From assembly GCA_945877765.1 (NCBI GenBank), contig CAMDWQ010000003.1:52168-116167 (forward strand): a stretch of 64,000 nucleotides of DNA. Reading direction: 5' to 3'. This DNA is from Candidatus Omnitrophota bacterium (GTDB taxonomy: Bacteria; Omnitrophota; Gorgyraeia; 2-02-FULL-51-18). The translations under genes were made by a program, and so were the position numbers. Below, piece by piece: positions 39,097-49,669 of the stretch (within the stretch, counting starts at the first letter, position 1; each line of letters opens with the position of its first letter). A model generated the notes under the pieces. That model saw only the letters and a program-made list of their open reading frames with translations, had not been told where the DNA came from and did no database searches.

Positions 39097-40088
39097 TCAA
39101 ATTTTGAAAAAATCATACGGCCGGCGGATGTTTGCAGCACCGAGGTAACCGTCACTCGAATTGTCTGCCCGATCATTTTTTTGGAGTTCTCGACCACAAC
39201 CATGGTGCCGTCGTCTAGGTACCCAATTCCCTGGCTGGCCTCTTTCCCCTCCTTAACCACATGCACCTCCATCATTTCGCCGGCTAGCACAATGGGCTTA
39301 AGCGCATTGGATAGATCATTAATATTTAATATACCCACCCCCTGGAGCTCCGCAACTTTATTTAGATTAAAATCATTGGTGATGATTTTGGCCTCCAAAA
39401 GCCTGGCTAATTTGACAAGTTTTTCATCGACTTGTGAAATTTCAGGAAAATCCTCATCGTGAATTTTGACAGCAACGGAAGATGATTTTTTTAATTTATT
39501 AAGAATATCAAGCCCGCGGCGGCCTCTGTTTCTTTTTAGAGAATCATTTGAGTCTGCCACTTGTTGAAGCTCCTTCAACACAAACCGCGGAATGATGAAT
39601 CTGCCTTCCAAAAATTTGGTCATTGAAATGTCAAAAATACGCCCATCGATGATCGCGCTAGTGTCGAGAATCATCAAATTGCTCTTCTGGTCCTGGCGGT
39701 CGAATTTGATATAAGGGATAATGAGGCTGAATTCATCGCGCCCGCGCATCGCCAAAACCATCCCGATATAACAGAGGATCAGAATCATCGTGATTTTAAT
39801 CGCGGACGATAAAGAGGGGTCTAGATCGGGAATTACATCGATAGCCCCTGAAAGAATCTTGGAAATCACTAATCCCATCGTTAACCCAAAAACAGCTGCG
39901 GACAAACCACGCGTTGAAACCTTTCCCAGCACATTCTCTATAATAATGACAAAAAGCGCGATGACCGCTCCAATCAAACAACCCGCCAGAGCCCAAGCAG
40001 AACCATAGCCCTGATAAATACTGCCCAGCTGAAAACCAACAACCGCGCTGAGTAAAACAAAAAGCGTGCGGATAAAACCAAATGTCAT
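39093..40088 (-). CDS. Membrane PIN/TRAM-domain protein (YacL-like)
   Basis: Four N-terminal TM segments, [48 protein letters not shown]. Confidence 0.92.
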   Translation of the reverse strand: MTFGFIRTLFVLLSAVVGFQLGSIYQGYGSAWALAGCLIGAVIALFVIIIENVLGKVSTRGLSAAVFGLTMGLVISKILSGAIDVIPDLDPSLSSAIKITMILILCYIGMVLAMRGRDEFSLIIPYIKFDRQDQKSNLMILDTSAIIDGRIFDISMTKFLEGRFIIPRFVLKELQQVADSNDSLKRNRGRRGLDILNKLKKSSSVAVKIHDEDFPEISQVDEKLVKLARLLEAKIITNDFNLNKVAELQGVGILNINDLSNALKPIVLAGEMMEVHVVKEGKEASQGIGYLDDGTMVVVENSKKMIGQTIRVTVTSVLQTSAGRMIFSKFE

Positions 40089-40092
40089 AACG

Positions 40093-40848
40093 TTAACTCC
40101 TCTTCAAGAGCTTCCATGGGTGCTGTTTAATGTCTGCGGTGAACGCTTCCAAATCCCTGGCCACTTGATCGTTCTTTAAAAGTCTTCCAACGGTACCCTC
40201 TCCATCGCGTAGACGGCCCAACACAATCTTGGCGGAGGCGGCAGCGTCTTTTAAATCTTCGCTGGCCTGGGTAAAATTCTTCACCATCGCGTCTGCCCCG
40301 CTGAAGGTTCTGTCGGCATTAACAAAAGCACCCTTCACTGCGGCTTTAAACTCGGGGTCACTAACAACAGAATTAACATTTTCCGCCACTACCTGCAGTT
40401 GCCCGATCAGCTGCCGCGAGCCCTCCGCCATATCTTCGATCGCAAAAGGATTTTTTCCGATCAGCGTACTGCCGTTGCCGATGATTTTATTATTGGGCGT
40501 GCCAGGAATAATTTCGATGTATTTTTCACCGAGCATCCCCAGCGTTTTAATCACGGCTTTGGCATCGTCTTCGATATAGACTCCTTGAGCAATCCAAGCG
40601 CCCACTTCCACCTGCGTTTCGCCCTTAGGATTACGCAGCACATGAATATCCTTGACCTCGCCAACAGTGACACCTGCCAACCTTACGGGGGTCCCATTGT
40701 CAATTCCCTGCACAAAACTAAACACAAAGCGGATAGTAACACCGGGCTTCATATAAAAATCACCCGCGCGAAAAACAAAATACGACAGAATTCCTATGGC
40801 TAACAAGACAAACAGGCCCACCTTGATCTCAAGGCCGTCTTTTTTCAT
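40093..40848 (-). CDS. mlaD: MCE/MlaD-family substrate-binding protein
   Basis: [27 protein letters not shown]. Confidence 0.85.
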   Translation of the reverse strand: MKKDGLEIKVGLFVLLAIGILSYFVFRAGDFYMKPGVTIRFVFSFVQGIDNGTPVRLAGVTVGEVKDIHVLRNPKGETQVEVGAWIAQGVYIEDDAKAVIKTLGMLGEKYIEIIPGTPNNKIIGNGSTLIGKNPFAIEDMAEGSRQLIGQLQVVAENVNSVVSDPEFKAAVKGAFVNADRTFSGADAMVKNFTQASEDLKDAAASAKIVLGRLRDGEGTVGRLLKNDQVARDLEAFTADIKQHPWKLLKRS

Positions 40849-40874
40849 GATCAGCGTTTCTCCTTTTGCCTGCT

Positions 40875-41663
40875 TTAGGCTGTCGTTAGACTTTTAAACT
40901 GAATATCCGTAATCGGTCCCGACGCAGAACCGGTAATAAATTGCCGTACCACCGGATTCGTGGTATTGCGAATTTCGTCTGGAGTCCCAATTTCAACAAT
41001 ATTTCCATGATACATCATTGCCACGCGCGTACCCACTTTGTAGGCGCTGACCATGTCATGAGTCACGACAACGGCAGTCACTTTTAACCTGTCGTGAAGC
41101 GAGACAATCAAATCATTGATGGCATCTGACATGATGGGGTCCAATCCCGTCGTCGGCTCATCGTAAAGCAAAATTTCAGGCTTCATGCAAATGGCGCGCG
41201 CAAGCGCTACTCGTTTTTTCATTCCGCCGGACAACTCGGACGGCTTTAAATCCTGAATACCCTTTAAACCCACCAATTCCAACGCCTCTTCCGCGCGGTC
41301 GCGAACCGCCGCTTGGCTCAAGCTTGAATGCTCGGTTAATCCAAAACCGACATTTTCACCGATCGTCATCGAATCAAAAAGAGCCGCCCCCTGAAACACC
41401 ATCCCAAAACGCATGCGCATGTGGTTCATTTGCCGCGTCGACAAAGCCGACAGGTCCATCCCGTCCACCATGATGGACCCCGAATCCGGTTGCATTAGCC
41501 CAATGAGGTGCTTTAAAAAAACACTTTTTCCACAACCAGACCGGCCGATGATCACCAGCGTTTCACCGCGCGCGACCGTCAAACTCATCTGGTTTAAAAC
41601 CATTTTACCGTTAAATGATTTAGAGACCTTCCTTGCTTCCATCATGAGACCGTCCATGCCCAT
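40875..41663 (-). CDS. mlaF: MlaF-family ABC ATPase
   Basis: GRSGCGKS, FQGAALFDS, LSGGMKKRV, YDEPTTGLDP. Confidence 0.9.
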   Translation of the reverse strand: MGMDGLMMEARKVSKSFNGKMVLNQMSLTVARGETLVIIGRSGCGKSVFLKHLIGLMQPDSGSIMVDGMDLSALSTRQMNHMRMRFGMVFQGAALFDSMTIGENVGFGLTEHSSLSQAAVRDRAEEALELVGLKGIQDLKPSELSGGMKKRVALARAICMKPEILLYDEPTTGLDPIMSDAINDLIVSLHDRLKVTAVVVTHDMVSAYKVGTRVAMMYHGNIVEIGTPDEIRNTTNPVVRQFITGSASGPITDIQFKSLTTA

Positions 41664-41675
41664 ACTTTCATTCCC

Positions 41676-42476
41676 TTAGGTTAAAAAATAAAAAATGACG
41701 GTAAAAAAAGCGTCCGCTATGATAATCAGAACAAACGACGTCACGACCGCACGCGTGGTTGCGTTTCCCACGCCTTCGGCACCGCCCTCAACGCGCATCC
41801 CTTCATAGCAAGCGGTAATACAAATAATCATAGCAAACACGACCGTCTTAAAAAGCCCCGAAAAAATATCCTTAAGAGCCAATGGGTCAAACGTCATCCT
41901 GACGTAAAGCGCATGAGAAAGCCCCAACTTAAAAACCGAGACCACATAGCCGCCAAAAATACCGATCGCATCGGCATAAATCGTCAAAAGAGGCAGCATC
42001 GTAAAAAGGGCGACAAAGCGAGGTGCCACCAAGTACTTCACCGGGGGAGCCGCCAAAGTTTCAAGCGCGTCAATTTGCTCCGTGACCTTCATACTGCCAA
42101 GTTCGGCGGCAATAGAAGCGCCCACACGGCCAGCAACCACCAACCCCGTCAACACCGGCCCGATTTCACGCGTGATCGAAATGGCCACTAGGCTGGGGAT
42201 GTACATCTCCGCGTTGACCTTTTGCATTTGGTAGGCACTCTGAAGCGCAATGACCACGCCCATAAAAAAACTCGTTAGTGTTGCAATGGGGAGTGAATCA
42301 ACACCAATTTTGACCATCTGCTCAAAAGTTTGGCGCGTGCGAAACGGCGGCAAAGCGACCGCCAAAAGCGTCTGACAGAATAGAGTAAAAGTGCCTCCTG
42401 AAAACTTGACAGCATCCAACACTGTCTTTCCAATCGTCTCTGCCGTTGTTTTCAAAACGTTTCCTCGGTATCTCAA
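41676..42476 (-). CDS. mlaE: MlaE-family ABC permease
   Basis: REIGPVL, AGRVGASIAAELGSM, EQIDAL, GAEGVG. Confidence 0.92.
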   Translation of the reverse strand: MRYRGNVLKTTAETIGKTVLDAVKFSGGTFTLFCQTLLAVALPPFRTRQTFEQMVKIGVDSLPIATLTSFFMGVVIALQSAYQMQKVNAEMYIPSLVAISITREIGPVLTGLVVAGRVGASIAAELGSMKVTEQIDALETLAAPPVKYLVAPRFVALFTMLPLLTIYADAIGIFGGYVVSVFKLGLSHALYVRMTFDPLALKDIFSGLFKTVVFAMIICITACYEGMRVEGGAEGVGNATTRAVVTSFVLIIIADAFFTVIFYFLT

Positions 42477-43927
42477 AATTTAACTTTCTGCTCGACGCTT
42501 AAAAATTGCTCATCTTCACGCACTTGAAATTTAAGCAAATTCTTGCCCGCTAATCGATACTCAAGGCCTACCTCGACTTTGTCCGATTCATCGGAATTCT
42601 GCAAGGTCTCGTCACGTTTGTAATCCCTAAAATTTAGACGCGCTCGGTCCCCCAGCGCTCTCTGAAGTAAAAATTCGGGGTTGTCCTTCATGTCTCTGGG
42701 GCGCCGAAATTCCCAATCCCCCCACACCACCGTGTCTTGCTGGGCCTCTCCAATCAACTGCTCGTAAGTCTTAAGCCGAAAAAGCTCTCTAAACTCAACG
42801 GATTTCTCAGCAAACTTCATCACCGAATCATCCGGTAAAAGGAGCCTTGAGTTTTGAATCTTGACCGTCGGATAAATCCCGCTGACAAACAAATCCATCA
42901 CCTTGAACATTCTTTTCCCGACGTACCCGTCATAAATGCGCGCTCGACCTTCCACGCCCGGCGCCAAGGGATTGCCCTCAAAATGCAGATCAATGTCCAC
43001 GCGCGACGGAAGCAATTTTGAAGGCGAAGTCTTTAAAATAAAATCAAGGTTGGACAGCAAATAGTTTTCCGCGTGGATATCCCAAATCATTCGATAATCT
43101 TTCTGGAAATCAACATCCCCGCTGATACGAATTCCGCCCAAAACATTGGCCGAGGTCAGATTAAAATCAGACTGAGAAAAGTAAAAATTAAAAACTGATT
43201 CCTCCGGCAGGGGGCTCCAATTCACTACCGTCCCCTCGGTCTTAAGTTCTCCTTGAAGCGCATCCTCCGATCCAAAAAAACCTAGATGAAAATCTCCACT
43301 GGCTTTGATCACCGTTGAAATATCCATCCCGCCAAACGTTAGGTGCCTCAAAGGAATCTCCGCGTTAATCTTATTGTTCTCAAAACTTAAATTGATGCCT
43401 TCCAACTTAATTTGCTGCGGCTGAAATATTAGGCTCATATTAATAATACGTATGTCAATAATGTCCTTCTGCGCCAACGCCCAACGTCTCATCCACCTCA
43501 AAAAAGGAAAATCATTTTGGCGGCTTAGGCGCACCCGCGGTTTCCACCAAATCTCCGGGCTTTGAATCACCACCGTGATCCGAGAGTCAAACTTCTTGGA
43601 AAGAAAATCCAACAACCGATAATGAAAACTAATTTCTGCGATTTGCAGTACAAGCCGTTCTTCTTCCGGGCTTAAGCCGGGGCTTAACACCCGGATATTC
43701 TCAAAACGAATCTGCCCCAAAAACCGGCCGCTGATTTTTCCGATTTGGACCCGATAATCAGATTCGCGGGATAACACTGCCTCGAGCGAATTCTTGGCAT
43801 CCTGAATTAAAAAATCCTTACGCTCTTTTATAAAAAAAACAACGGCCGCTAAAAGCGCTGCAATCAATATAATCCGCAACACTTTTTGGTGACGACGCTT
43901 TACCGTTGCAACGCGTTTTCCAACCAC
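42473..43927 (-). CDS. Hypothetical envelope protein, possibly AsmA/TamB-like
   Basis: N-terminal TM anchor, beta-strand-rich body, C-terminal VGLEY...EQKVKF; adjacent to mlaEFD. Family assignment is tentative. Confidence 0.55.
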   Translation of the reverse strand: MVGKRVATVKRRHQKVLRIILIAALLAAVVFFIKERKDFLIQDAKNSLEAVLSRESDYRVQIGKISGRFLGQIRFENIRVLSPGLSPEEERLVLQIAEISFHYRLLDFLSKKFDSRITVVIQSPEIWWKPRVRLSRQNDFPFLRWMRRWALAQKDIIDIRIINMSLIFQPQQIKLEGINLSFENNKINAEIPLRHLTFGGMDISTVIKASGDFHLGFFGSEDALQGELKTEGTVVNWSPLPEESVFNFYFSQSDFNLTSANVLGGIRISGDVDFQKDYRMIWDIHAENYLLSNLDFILKTSPSKLLPSRVDIDLHFEGNPLAPGVEGRARIYDGYVGKRMFKVMDLFVSGIYPTVKIQNSRLLLPDDSVMKFAEKSVEFRELFRLKTYEQLIGEAQQDTVVWGDWEFRRPRDMKDNPEFLLQRALGDRARLNFRDYKRDETLQNSDESDKVEVGLEYRLAGKNLLKFQVREDEQFLSVEQKVKF

Positions 43928-43929
43928 AA

Positions 43930-46419
43930 TTAATGCCCTGCGCCGGCCCCTTGAGAAAACGCCAAATGGTCCTCATCTTTGACAGTGATTTGCACGCTGT
44001 CGTTGGGACGTATTTTTTTGCTTATCAATTCTTCGGCGATGGGATCTTCCACATATCGTTGAATGGTGCGGCGCAAAGGCCGGGCGCCATACTGCTGGTC
44101 AAAGCCCTTATTAATCAAAAATTCTTTGGCTTTCTCATCCAAATGAATTTCGATATTGCGCTCGCTAAGGCGTTTTTGAAGGGCTGCAATTTCAATCTCA
44201 ACAATTTTCTGCAATTCTTCGCGGGCAAGGCGCTTGAATACGATGACCTCATCCACACGGTTAATGAATTCCGGCTTGAACGTTTTTTTTACTTCTTCCA
44301 TCAGGCGACTGCGCATGTCTTTGTGATCGGCCGTGCTGACATCTTGAGCCTTAAAACCAATACTGCCCTGTTTACTCAAGAGTTCAGCGCCGATATTGGA
44401 AGTCATGATAATCATGCAATTGCGAAAATCCACTTTACGCCCAAGCGAATCGGTTAATCGTCCTTCTTCAAGAACTTGAAGCAGCATGTTAAACACATCC
44501 GGGTGAGCTTTCTCGATTTCATCAAAAAGAAGAATGGCGTAAGGACGGCGTCGCACGCGCTCCGTCAATTGACCACCCTCCTCGTAGCCGACATATCCCG
44601 GAGGCGACCCGACTAAACGCGAGACGTTAAACTTTTCCATGTATTCCGACATATCAAAAGTAATGAGCGCGTTTTCATCATTGAACATAAACTCAGCCAA
44701 AGCGCGCGCCAAAAGCGTCTTTCCCACGCCGGTAGGCCCTAAAAATATAAACGACCCGATCGGTCGCCGAGGATCCTTCAAACCCGCACGCGAACGGCGG
44801 ACAGCATGCGCAATTGCGGAGATCGGCTCTTCTTGACCAATCACGCGCTTTCTAAGCTCTTCCTCAATACGCAAAAGACGCGCACTCTCTTTTTCCTCAA
44901 GACGCGCAACGGGAATCCCCGTTGTCTTAGCGATAATTTTAGCGATGTCATCCTCACCAATCTCAATCTCTATTTTTGACCGGGCTTCGGACCACTCTTT
45001 TTTAGTTTTATCTAAGAGTTTTTTTGTCTCGCGTTCTTGATCGCGCAAGGCTGCCGCTTTTTCAAAATCCTGGTCCTTGATCGTATCTTCTTTTTCGCGG
45101 CGGATAACTTCCAACCGCTTCTCAATTTCTTTGACCTCGGGCGGAGCCGTGTGGGTGGAAAGACGTGCAAAAGCTCCCGCTTCATCAATAATATCAATCG
45201 CCTTATCGGGTAAAAAACGACCGGTGACATAACGGTCAGAAAGTTTTGCTGCTGCTTCCAAGGCTGCATCTGTAATTTTAATTTTATGATGTTCTTCGTA
45301 TTTTTCGCGTAGACCACGCAAAATCAATACGGTTTCTTCTACCGAGGGAGGCTCAACCAGAATCGTTTGAAAGCGACGCTCGAGAGCGGCGTCTTTTTCG
45401 ATATATTTGCGGTATTCGTCCAACGTGGTAGCGCCAATGCACTGAATCTCGCCGCGGGCCAGCGCGGGTTTCAAAATATTGGACGCGTCAATAGCGCCCT
45501 CTGCTCCTCCTGCTCCCACAAGGGTATGCAGTTCATCAACAAAAATAATAATATTTTCCGAACGCTTAATCTCATCCATCACCGCTTTGATTCTCTCCTC
45601 AAACTGGCCGCGGTATTTAGTTCCTGCGACCATAAGCGCCAAATCCAGCGTAATCACGCGCTTATTGCGTAAAATTTCAGGGACGTCCCCATTGATAATT
45701 TTAGAAGCAAGCCCCTCAACAATGGCGGATTTTCCCACACCGGCTTCTCCCAGCAATACGGGATTATTTTTGCGGCGGCGTGAGAGCGTCTGCATCACGC
45801 GGTCAATCTCTTCATCGCGTCCGATCACAGGATCCAGCTTGCCGTCTTTGGCTAGTTTGGTCAGATCGCGGCCGAAAGCGTCTAGCGCCGGCGTTTTGGT
45901 TTTAGCCGCGGGCGTGGAAGGACTACCTCCTCCTTGAACGGGCGGTGCCTGCGGCGGAGGCCCATATTGTGAGCCGGGCGTGGTGGACCCTAAAAGCTTG
46001 ATCACCTCTTCACGCACCTTGTCGATATCCAGCCCCATATTGGTAAATACCTGGCTAGCAACGCCTTCTCCCTCACGAATCAAACCTAAAAGCAAGTGCT
46101 CTGTTCCAATGTAGTTGTGTCCAAGAGAGCGCGCTTCTTCCATGGCCAACTCCATCACCTTTTTGGCTTTGGGGGTAAACGGAAGATCTCCGGTCACCAC
46201 AGTCGTGGGCCCGATTTGCACCAATTTGTCAATTTCAAGACGAATATTATTTAGGTTCATCCCAAGGCTCTGCAAAACTGCCGCCGCCACCCCTTCACCT
46301 TCGCGGAGTAAACCCAACAGAATATGCTCGGTTCCAATATAATCATGATTAAAACGTTTGGCTTCTTGCTTGGCCAACAAGATCACTTTTCTCGCACGCT
46401 CAGTAAATTTATTAAACAT
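43930..46419 (-). CDS. clpC: ATP-dependent Clp protease ATPase subunit ClpC
   Basis: Clp-N repeats, [24 protein letters not shown]-like middle domain. Confidence 0.97.
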   Translation of the reverse strand: MFNKFTERARKVILLAKQEAKRFNHDYIGTEHILLGLLREGEGVAAAVLQSLGMNLNNIRLEIDKLVQIGPTTVVTGDLPFTPKAKKVMELAMEEARSLGHNYIGTEHLLLGLIREGEGVASQVFTNMGLDIDKVREEVIKLLGSTTPGSQYGPPPQAPPVQGGGSPSTPAAKTKTPALDAFGRDLTKLAKDGKLDPVIGRDEEIDRVMQTLSRRRKNNPVLLGEAGVGKSAIVEGLASKIINGDVPEILRNKRVITLDLALMVAGTKYRGQFEERIKAVMDEIKRSENIIIFVDELHTLVGAGGAEGAIDASNILKPALARGEIQCIGATTLDEYRKYIEKDAALERRFQTILVEPPSVEETVLILRGLREKYEEHHKIKITDAALEAAAKLSDRYVTGRFLPDKAIDIIDEAGAFARLSTHTAPPEVKEIEKRLEVIRREKEDTIKDQDFEKAAALRDQERETKKLLDKTKKEWSEARSKIEIEIGEDDIAKIIAKTTGIPVARLEEKESARLLRIEEELRKRVIGQEEPISAIAHAVRRSRAGLKDPRRPIGSFIFLGPTGVGKTLLARALAEFMFNDENALITFDMSEYMEKFNVSRLVGSPPGYVGYEEGGQLTERVRRRPYAILLFDEIEKAHPDVFNMLLQVLEEGRLTDSLGRKVDFRNCMIIMTSNIGAELLSKQGSIGFKAQDVSTADHKDMRSRLMEEVKKTFKPEFINRVDEVIVFKRLAREELQKIVEIEIAALQKRLSERNIEIHLDEKAKEFLINKGFDQQYGARPLRRTIQRYVEDPIAEELISKKIRPNDSVQITVKDEDHLAFSQGAGAGH

Positions 46420-46447
46420 GGTACCTCCTTAATAATACTTTTTTAAT

Positions 46448-46473
46448 AGATCCCTCGACTTTGCTCGGGATGA
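46448..46473. repeat. Short REP-like element (second subfamily)
   Basis: agatccctcgactttgctcgggatga, related to 13227-13277. Confidence 0.65.
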
Positions 46474-46489
46474 ATTTGCTTTGGCAAAT

Positions 46490-47542
46490 TCATTTGCCTT
46501 CAAGGCGGCGGCGAATCAAATTCGCACGCTTCACGTCTCTTTGCGAAGAACTTAAAACCTTGCCTTCAATTTTTTGCAAATGCGCCGGCTGTGTCAGAAT
46601 AAAAAGCTCATTCACCGCGCGCCGGTCAATATCCGCCAAAAGACCCATATCGACACCCAGGCGGACCATCGACAGTAGCGTCAGCGTCTCCTTGGTGTTG
46701 ATGATGTGAGCGCTTTTGAGTGTGCCGCTGGAACGCCAGATTTTATCCTGCAAAAGATCGCGATTTTGTTTCATCAAAGTTTTTCGCGCATTCTCCTCGT
46801 GTCCTATGACCTGGCGGATGATTCTCTCAAGATTATCAATCACATCTTCTTCAGCTGTGCCCAGCGTCGTCTGATTTGAAATCTGAAAAAAATTACCTTC
46901 CGCCTCGGTGCCCTCACCGTACAAACCGCGCGCCGTCATCCCCAATTTTGTAATCGCTTGCAGTACGCGTGTAATCTGTTTGGTCATCACCAAAGACGGC
47001 AGATGCAGCATCACTGACGCACGCAATCCAGTGCCCGCATTGGTGGGGCAGGCAGTCAAATAGCCCCACTCATCACTAAAAGCAAACTTAAGACGCTTAT
47101 GAAGCGAATCATCCAAGCGATTGGCAATCCGCCAGCATTCCTGCAAATTAAAACCCGACTGCATCACCTGCACACGCAAATGGTCTTCCTCGTTGATCAT
47201 GACGCTGACGACTTCTTTGTCTCCGATCATGACCGCCTTATATTCCGGGTGCACAATATGCTCGCGGCTAATCAAATGTCTTTCCAAAAGAAACTGCTTA
47301 TCCACATCATCGACTTCTGCCATCGGCACCAAAAGGCCATTTTTGAGAAACTCCATGCTTTGGGCCGCTTCGGACAAGAGATCCATGGTTTCTTTCTGCT
47401 GCTTCTTTGCCGCCCAATGGGAAAAAGGGAAATCTGCCAAATTGCGCGCCAGACGTACCCGCGAGCTCATAACAATGTCCGAATTAGGGCCAGTGCCTTT
47501 GAGCCACTCGCAAGTTTGTTTTAAAAGAGAGTCCACTTTCAT
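46490..47542 (-). CDS. mcsB: Protein-arginine kinase
   Basis: SSRVRLARN, NEEDHLR, CPTNAGTGLRAS, FQISNQ. Confidence 0.95.
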   Translation of the reverse strand: MKVDSLLKQTCEWLKGTGPNSDIVMSSRVRLARNLADFPFSHWAAKKQQKETMDLLSEAAQSMEFLKNGLLVPMAEVDDVDKQFLLERHLISREHIVHPEYKAVMIGDKEVVSVMINEEDHLRVQVMQSGFNLQECWRIANRLDDSLHKRLKFAFSDEWGYLTACPTNAGTGLRASVMLHLPSLVMTKQITRVLQAITKLGMTARGLYGEGTEAEGNFFQISNQTTLGTAEEDVIDNLERIIRQVIGHEENARKTLMKQNRDLLQDKIWRSSGTLKSAHIINTKETLTLLSMVRLGVDMGLLADIDRRAVNELFILTQPAHLQKIEGKVLSSSQRDVKRANLIRRRLEGK

Positions 47543-47544
47543 GT

Positions 47545-48087
47545 TTAGTTTTTATGTTCCTTAATTTTTTTCTCCAAAAATTTAATTTTATCCCGCAGGG
47601 AGGCAGCCTCTTCAAATTCCTCGCGCTTTACCGCCTTCTGGAGCTCAGCTCGCACTGCCACGAGCTCATCGTGAAGTTTGTAGGAAACTTTCATTTCTTT
47701 AGTAAATTCAGGATTCGGCGTCTTTCCCAGATGTTGATTGGACCCATGAATTCTCTTTAAAAGCGGCGTCAAGCTGGCTTTAAACGCGGTATAACATTGG
47801 CTGCATCCCAAGCGCCCCACTTTTTTAAAATCTTCATAAGTCAGGCCGCAATTCTGGCACTTCGCTTTGGGGGCGATGACAGCCGTGGAGCCGACAGCAG
47901 AAGCCGGTGTTTGCGCTTCAACATCAGAAAGCGCTGCCAGTAAATCCGCGATACCAAAATGCTGCTCAGCATCGGCGCCCTTCTGTTTGGCGCAAATTTC
48001 GCACAAATTAAGTTTGGTGATCTGATCGTTAACGATCTCGGTTAGATGCACCGTTGATTTATTTTTACCGCATTCGTCGCAGAGCAA
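47545..48087 (-). CDS. mcsA: McsA activator of McsB
   Basis: Four CxxC motifs, GRLGCSQCY, C-terminal UVR (EEFEEAASLRD); TTG start. Confidence 0.93.
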   Translation of the reverse strand: MLCDECGKNKSTVHLTEIVNDQITKLNLCEICAKQKGADAEQHFGIADLLAALSDVEAQTPASAVGSTAVIAPKAKCQNCGLTYEDFKKVGRLGCSQCYTAFKASLTPLLKRIHGSNQHLGKTPNPEFTKEMKVSYKLHDELVAVRAELQKAVKREEFEEAASLRDKIKFLEKKIKEHKN

Positions 48088-48089
48088 TT

Positions 48090-48971
48090 TTAATTCACCT
48101 CGTAGGGGGTGCCGTCTTTAGGCGTCACCTTGTGAAATTCAGCCAAGAGCTGCCCTGTCGTCGTCCCAGGCACCCCTTTGCCAATCTGGCGGTTATCGAT
48201 TTTGACAATCGGTACAATCTCAGCCGCCGTTCCCGTCAGAAAAACTTCATCGGCGATATACAAATCGTGGCGGGTAAAAATGTCTTCGCGCACCGAAAGT
48301 CCCAGGCGGCGGCCAATCGTCATGACCGTGTCCCGCGTAATCCCTTTTAAAATCCCGACGTACGGCGGCGGTGTGATGAGCTCTTTGCCGCGAACCAAAA
48401 AAATATTTTCGCCTGTGCATTCGGTGACATAGCCTTGAGCATTCAAAAGAATGGCTTCCTGCACGCCAGCGTTGATCGCCTCAATTTTAGCGAGAATATT
48501 ATTTAGATAATTCAGCGTCTTAAGCTGTGGGTTAAGCGCCTCCGGATGATTTCGGATTGTCGGCACCGTCACGATAGCAAGGCCCTTTTCATAAAATTCT
48601 TTCGGATATAAAGCAATTTTATCCGCAATAATAAAAATGGTCGCTCGGCTACACTTACGAGGATCTAGTCCCAAATCGCCAGGGCCGCGCGTCACCACTA
48701 AACGAATATAAGCATCTTTGAGCTGATTGGCTTTTAGCGTATCCACAACCGCATTTTCCATTTCGGCTTTAGAAAGAGGAATTTCAAGCATGAGCGTATG
48801 CGCACTCTCATAAAGCCGCTCAATATGTTCTTTTAGTTTGAACACCGAGCAATTGTAAGCGCGAATCCCTTCAAACACGCCATCCCCATACAGCAAGCCG
48901 TGATCAAACACACTCACCACCGCTTGATCCTTCTCCACCAATTTCCCATTTAAATAAATTTTAAGGCTCAT
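48090..48971 (-). CDS. ilvE: Branched-chain amino acid aminotransferase
   Basis: HGLLYGDGVFEG, KTLNYL, ECTGENIF, GITR, TGTAAE. Confidence 0.93.
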   Translation of the reverse strand: MSLKIYLNGKLVEKDQAVVSVFDHGLLYGDGVFEGIRAYNCSVFKLKEHIERLYESAHTLMLEIPLSKAEMENAVVDTLKANQLKDAYIRLVVTRGPGDLGLDPRKCSRATIFIIADKIALYPKEFYEKGLAIVTVPTIRNHPEALNPQLKTLNYLNNILAKIEAINAGVQEAILLNAQGYVTECTGENIFLVRGKELITPPPYVGILKGITRDTVMTIGRRLGLSVREDIFTRHDLYIADEVFLTGTAAEIVPIVKIDNRQIGKGVPGTTTGQLLAEFHKVTPKDGTPYEVN

Positions 48972-48983
48972 CCGATCTCCTTT

Positions 48984-49652
48984 TTAAGACCATTCACGAG
49001 TGACTAAATTCCACACGCGATCCGCAATGCCGGCAATCTTGTCATCGTGCGTCACCATGACGAGCGTCTTTTTTTCTTCTTGAAACAGTTTTCTCAAAAG
49101 CTCAGTGATCTCTTGAGCCATGTTCGGATCCAGATTACCCGTTGGCTCATCACAAAACAAAATCTTGGGGTCATTCATTAACGACCGAGCAATCGCCACC
49201 CGCTGCTGCTCGCCCCCCGACAATTCTCCGGGAAAATGAGTCGTCCGCTGCCCGAGCCCCATCCGGTCCAACAGAAGCTCTGCCCGCTTCTTTGCCTTAC
49301 CGCCGTCTCTTGTTTTACCGGCTATCCATGCTGGCAACATCACGTTTTCCAGCGCCGTAAACTCAGGCAAAAGGTGATAAAACTGAAACACAAAACCAAC
49401 ATTGCGGTTAATCCAAAGAGCCCTATCGGTTTCACCGAGTAAGCTCAGCTCAATGCCTTCCAACTTCACGCGTCCCTGCGAGGGCCGATCCAACCCTGAA
49501 AGTAAATTCAAAAGTGTTGTTTTCCCCGACCCTGAAGGACCCAAAATAGCCACCGCTTCACCGATTTTCACCGAAAAAGAGACGTCTTTTAAGATCGTCA
49601 ACTGCCTGTCACCATCCCAGTATACCTTGCCCAGACCTGACGCTTCAATCAT
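48984..49652 (-). CDS. lolD: Lipoprotein-releasing ABC ATPase
   Basis: [34 protein letters not shown]. Confidence 0.88.
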   Translation of the reverse strand: MIEASGLGKVYWDGDRQLTILKDVSFSVKIGEAVAILGPSGSGKTTLLNLLSGLDRPSQGRVKLEGIELSLLGETDRALWINRNVGFVFQFYHLLPEFTALENVMLPAWIAGKTRDGGKAKKRAELLLDRMGLGQRTTHFPGELSGGEQQRVAIARSLMNDPKILFCDEPTGNLDPNMAQEITELLRKLFQEEKKTLVMVTHDDKIAGIADRVWNLVTREWS

Positions 49653-49669
49653 TGTTTAGCTCGAAGCAT

